A stretch of 64,000 bases of DNA from Rickettsiales bacterium (lineage in GTDB: Bacteria > Pseudomonadota > Alphaproteobacteria > Rickettsiales > JABIRX01), in NCBI GenBank assembly GCA_965222515.1, contig CBDCUE010000012.1, positions 52,813 through 116,812 of the forward strand, given 5' to 3'. A model generated the notes under the pieces. The model worked only from the letters and a program-made list of their open reading frames with translations, was not told the DNA's origin and did not search any database. Position numbers and translations under genes: made by a program. This document shows, piece after piece, positions 60,668-64,000 of this stretch; the stretch's first letter is position 1; each line of letters starts with the position of its first letter.

Positions 60668-60714
60668 TAATAGATAAGGGCTTTTAAAAAAAAATGAATG
60701 AATGAATTAATTTA

Positions 60715-61506
60715 ATGGTAAAAAAAATGAAAAAATTATCTATTATTATTACTTTGGTAATGTTTCTTGCTCTTTTCTCTAATTTTTCTTTTGCAGCTAA
60801 AAGAGAGTTTTTTGATCAAAATATTAAAGATAAAACAAATAAATCAGTAAATTCTAATGATAAAGCTATGCAGAAAGTGTATAAATTATTAAAAGAATAT
60901 CAATTGGCAAAAGCTGATAAGGGTGATAGAGGGTATTATTTTGCTCTTGGTAATAGTTTTTATTATGGTACTTCAGGTATTAACTATGATACAAAGGATG
61001 GAAAGAGTTTTGCAACTACTTCTTCTGGGACAAGTATTAAATATGGAAGAAAATTTATCTATGAATATTTATATTTTTCTTCAGAAATAGGGTATCATGG
61101 AATTGGTTTATCTATATCTGACGCAGAAAGAGATAGAGTTAATATTCAAGACAAATATGGGATAGGTATTAATTTGGGAATTTATCTTAATGATAAATGG
61201 ACATTTTATGGTTCTGCTGGTGCTGGATTACTTAATTATGAAATACTTTTTTATAATAAAGAAACTACATCTCCCATTACCAAAGATAGTTCAGTAAGAG
61301 AGACTGGTTATGAGGAATATTATTCTTTTGGTGGAGGGTTTAATTATAAGGTGGCAAAAAATTTATCTTTTGGGTTTGATTATAGTAATACAATATCGTT
61401 TGTTAAATCAGAATTTGAGGTACAATTAAGAGATAATAAGCAAGGAATAGTAGAATATGATCTAAACATTCATGCATTTACCTTTAGTCTAGGAATTCTG
61501 TTTTAA
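60715..61506 (+). CDS. Outer-membrane beta-barrel protein (porin/OmpA-beta-barrel-like family)
   Basis: Signal peptide 'LALFSNFSFA|AK', alternating hydrophobic beta-strand pattern, and C-terminal 'HAFTFSLGILF' ending in Phe. Confidence 0.7.
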   Translation: MVKKMKKLSIIITLVMFLALFSNFSFAAKREFFDQNIKDKTNKSVNSNDKAMQKVYKLLKEYQLAKADKGDRGYYFALGNSFYYGTSGINYDTKDGKSFATTSSGTSIKYGRKFIYEYLYFSSEIGYHGIGLSISDAERDRVNIQDKYGIGINLGIYLNDKWTFYGSAGAGLLNYEILFYNKETTSPITKDSSVRETGYEEYYSFGGGFNYKVAKNLSFGFDYSNTISFVKSEFEVQLRDNKQGIVEYDLNIHAFTFSLGILF

Positions 61507-62238
61507 TCAAACTAAATATAAACCACCATTAATATGTATATTTTGTCCAGTGATGTAATTTGCTTCGGAGCTGGCTAAAAATAAAGCTGTATTTGCAATA
61601 TCGCTTGCTTCTCCCATTCTTTTGCTCGGGATGTTTTTTAAAATTGCCTCCATTTGTTGCTCATTCAACTTGTTTGTCATATCAGTTTTGATGAATCCTG
61701 GAGAAATAGAATTTGCAGTTATGTTTCTTGAGGCAATTTCTAAAGCAATTGATTTAGTTAAACCAATAATTCCTGCTTTAGAAGCACAATAATTTGCTTG
61801 TCCAGGGTTTCCTGAAGTTCCAACCACAGAAGAAATATTTATTATTCTACCATATCTTTTTTTCATCATTCCTTTAATAGTAGCTCTTATGATTTTAAAA
61901 TTGGCTGATAAATTTACTTTTATTACATCATTCCATTCATCATCTTTCATTCTTACAAAGAGATTATCTTTAGTAATTCCTGCATTACATACTAAAATAT
62001 CAATATTAATTAAAATATTACTTGCTAGAAAATCTGCTAGACTTTGATCATCAGATAAATCACATCTAATTGCAGAGCATTTATCTCCTAAATCATTTGC
62101 AACTTTATCAAGATTTTCTTGATTAGTTCCTGTGATAATTACTTCCGCTCCTGCTTCTATAAATTTTGTAGCGATTTCTTTACCAATTCCTCTTGAACCA
62201 CCAGTTATTAAGGTCTTTTTTTCTGTTAAATTAAACAT
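61507..62238 (-). CDS. fabG: 3-oxoacyl-ACP reductase
   Basis: 'ITGGSRGIGKEIA', 'NAGITKDNL', 'YCASKAGIIGLTKSIALE'. Length is 243 aa. Confidence 0.85.
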   Translation of the reverse strand: MFNLTEKKTLITGGSRGIGKEIATKFIEAGAEVIITGTNQENLDKVANDLGDKCSAIRCDLSDDQSLADFLASNILINIDILVCNAGITKDNLFVRMKDDEWNDVIKVNLSANFKIIRATIKGMMKKRYGRIINISSVVGTSGNPGQANYCASKAGIIGLTKSIALEIASRNITANSISPGFIKTDMTNKLNEQQMEAILKNIPSKRMGEASDIANTALFLASSEANYITGQNIHINGGLYLV

Positions 62239-62291
62239 ATTTTTTGAAATTAAGTTAGTTATACTATTACTAAAAAAACATATTATTATTA

Positions 62292-62864
62292 TTATTTTTT
62301 TTTATCAAGCTTAGTTTTTCTCTTGTTTTTTCTCCTCCAATATTTGGGAGTAACAAATTTTCCTTGCCAGACTCCTAATTTTTGTTGTTTTGCAGAATTT
62401 TCTTCTTTTAGATATTCTGCTGATTTTCTGTTATATCTAATGGCCCAACCATATTCTATCATTAAAGAATTTATATCAATATTTTTTTCAATAAAACATT
62501 TTGATAAATATCTATTATAATAATCTTTTTTGATTATTTTGCAAAAAACTTTTTTATTGTGAGTAATAGTTTTTAAGAATCTCAAAGCTCTGATACCACA
62601 TTTATATTGTTTTTTATTTTGATCAAAACATAATTGTTTATATTCAGGTGCATCAATACTGGCTAGTCTTATTTTGTAATTTTTAATTTCTAATGAATCA
62701 CCATCGACAACTTCTTGAATTTTTCCAGAAATAATATAATTTTTTTTACTTAACTCTTTTGTTAAAAAAATATCTTTTTTGTTAAAAAAAATAATTATTA
62801 CTATTATGCTCAAAAAGCAAAGCAACAAATATTTATTGAAATTATTACAAAATGGGATTTTCAC
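62292..62864 (-). CDS. Thermonuclease (staphylococcal nuclease, SNase-like) family protein with an N-terminal membrane/signal segment
   Basis: 'GKIQEVVDGDSLEIKNYKIRLASIDAPEYKQ' and 'EENSAKQQKLGVWQG' fit the SNase fold. It has a hydrophobic N-terminus. Confidence 0.75.
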   Translation of the reverse strand: MKIPFCNNFNKYLLLCFLSIIVIIIFFNKKDIFLTKELSKKNYIISGKIQEVVDGDSLEIKNYKIRLASIDAPEYKQLCFDQNKKQYKCGIRALRFLKTITHNKKVFCKIIKKDYYNRYLSKCFIEKNIDINSLMIEYGWAIRYNRKSAEYLKEENSAKQQKLGVWQGKFVTPKYWRRKNKRKTKLDKKK

Positions 62865-63553
62865 TGCTAGAAACTTTAATAGTTATATTGATAATGGCAA
62901 TTATTATATTACCAATAATGACTATAAAAAACATAGAACAAAATGCAAAACATTTATCTTTTATTAGTGAATTAGAAAAGATTAAGCAGGCTAATAATTC
63001 ATTTAGAGAAAAATATCATTATTATGCTGGCGATTTTCCTTTTGCTAAAAAATTTTTTGGCACTAAATATAATGGCAATGGCGATAATAAAATTCATTAT
63101 GACAAAAATGAGACAGGGGAGGGTGTTGAAACTTTATTTGCTTGGCAACATTTAGAAAAAGCAGAATTATATTTTCTGAGATTTCAGTTTGATGACAATA
63201 TTTCTTCTCCAAAAATAAATCAAAATATGCCACAATCAAAATTTTTTGATTGTGGTTTTAGTATTGTTACCTATCAAGAATTATATAACAATGAAGCTAT
63301 ATTTAATACTAATACTAATTTTATTAAAATAGCAAAAAGAAATATTTCTTCAAGCCATGGAGTCCTAACTGCCCCCTGCATTTCAGCTAACACATTGCAA
63401 GATATTGATAACAAAATAGATGATTCTTTGCCTTATAGCGGTCAATTCTATGCTATAAAAAAGGAGGATGAAACGAAAGATGGAATATGTATTTGCAATA
63501 AAAAATATTGCTCTTCTAATAAAGAAGATTGCTTGGCTCAAATGATTTTTTAA
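62852..63553 (+). CDS. Prepilin-type N-terminal methylation domain protein (pseudopilin/minor pilin-like)
   Basis: 'MG|FSLLETLIVILIMAIIIL' has G-1, F+1 and E+5. An in-frame stop at 62837-62839 rules out a longer leader. Confidence 0.7.
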   Translation: MGFSLLETLIVILIMAIIILPIMTIKNIEQNAKHLSFISELEKIKQANNSFREKYHYYAGDFPFAKKFFGTKYNGNGDNKIHYDKNETGEGVETLFAWQHLEKAELYFLRFQFDDNISSPKINQNMPQSKFFDCGFSIVTYQELYNNEAIFNTNTNFIKIAKRNISSSHGVLTAPCISANTLQDIDNKIDDSLPYSGQFYAIKKEDETKDGICICNKKYCSSNKEDCLAQMIF

Positions 63554-63620
63554 CTTGTGTGTTAGCTATGTTATGTTAATAATTATCAACAGCCTCATTT
63601 TATAACAATATAAATTTATT

Positions 63621-64000
63621 ATGAATCAAAAAGACATCGAAGAAATATCAAATAAAAATTATAAAACATCTAATATAGGCAAGAATTTAGGAACTTTTCT
63701 GCTTGAAAAAGAAGTTATTACCAAAGATCAGCTAGAAGTAGCAAAAAAACAATTAAAAATTATAGGAGGTAATTCTTTAGGGAATATGTTGGTCTCTCTT
63801 GGTTCTATAACAGAAGAAGCTTTGGGAGAATCTATTGCAAATATGTCTGGTATAAAAAAATTAGATCAAACTAAAACAGAATTAGATGTTAGATTAATAA
63901 AAAAAATACCAAAACACATTGCCATAGAGCATAATATGATAGCAGTCTTTATTAGAAAAAAAAGAGTGATGATTGCGATTAATGATATTTATAATGTGAT
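63621..64000 (+). CDS. Type IV pilus / type II secretion ATPase (PilB/GspE family), N-terminal part, runs off the window
   Basis: Not in the ORF track because there is no stop before the window end. My manual translation is open for 126 codons. 'LGTFLLEKEVITKDQLEVAKKQ...LGNMLVSLGSITEEALGESIANMSGIK...IPKHIAIEHNMIAV' matches the T2SSE_N domain pattern. Confidence 0.65.
   Translation, partial: MNQKDIEEISNKNYKTSNIGKNLGTFLLEKEVITKDQLEVAKKQLKIIGGNSLGNMLVSLGSITEEALGESIANMSGIKKLDQTKTELDVRLIKKIPKHIAIEHNMIAVFIRKKRVMIAINDIYNV

Overview
This is a very AT-rich bacterial chromosome segment (judged by eye, G+C not computed). It uses the standard genetic code and is densely packed with housekeeping genes. 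Gene content and local order (pal-cpoB-tilS, lpxD-fabZ-lpxA-lpxI, a membrane-anchored cytochrome c, hslVU-mreBC) suggest an alphaproteobacterium, plausibly an IS-rich intracellular symbiont of the Rickettsiales/Holosporales type; this is inference only. Recognisable core genes are nhaA, nadC, panB, tilS, cpoB, pal, ubiD, thiC, thrC, dapF, ald, argC, rodA, lpxI/A/D, fabZ, fmt, secD, yajC, fur, trkA, hslVU, mreBC and fabG, plus one tRNA(CAU). Accessory content stands out in four places. (1) At 0.8-5.9 kb there is a three-gene type III-like restriction-modification operon: an atypical methyltransferase, an unknown 223-aa protein, and a helicase-nuclease. It is flanked by IS5-family elements and an integrase fragment. 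(2) At 37.4-47.9 kb there are two tandem giant paralogous genes (1495 and 1958 aa). Each has a signal peptide, a 600-1100-aa extremely lysine-rich repetitive region, an intimin/invasin-like (inverse autotransporter) beta-barrel, and a C-terminal right-handed beta-helix passenger. This is my best candidate for something not yet described. (3) There is heavy mobile-element scarring: IS5-family copies and deletion derivatives, a nested IS982 element, an IS3 remnant, and two families of palindromic MITE/REP-like repeats. (4) There are decayed or scattered accessory genes: a GmrSD-like pseudogene, pilin-like genes, a secreted nuclease, and a PilB/GspE start at the window edge. All calls come from reading the ORF translations and the sequence by eye. 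No searches or computations were run.
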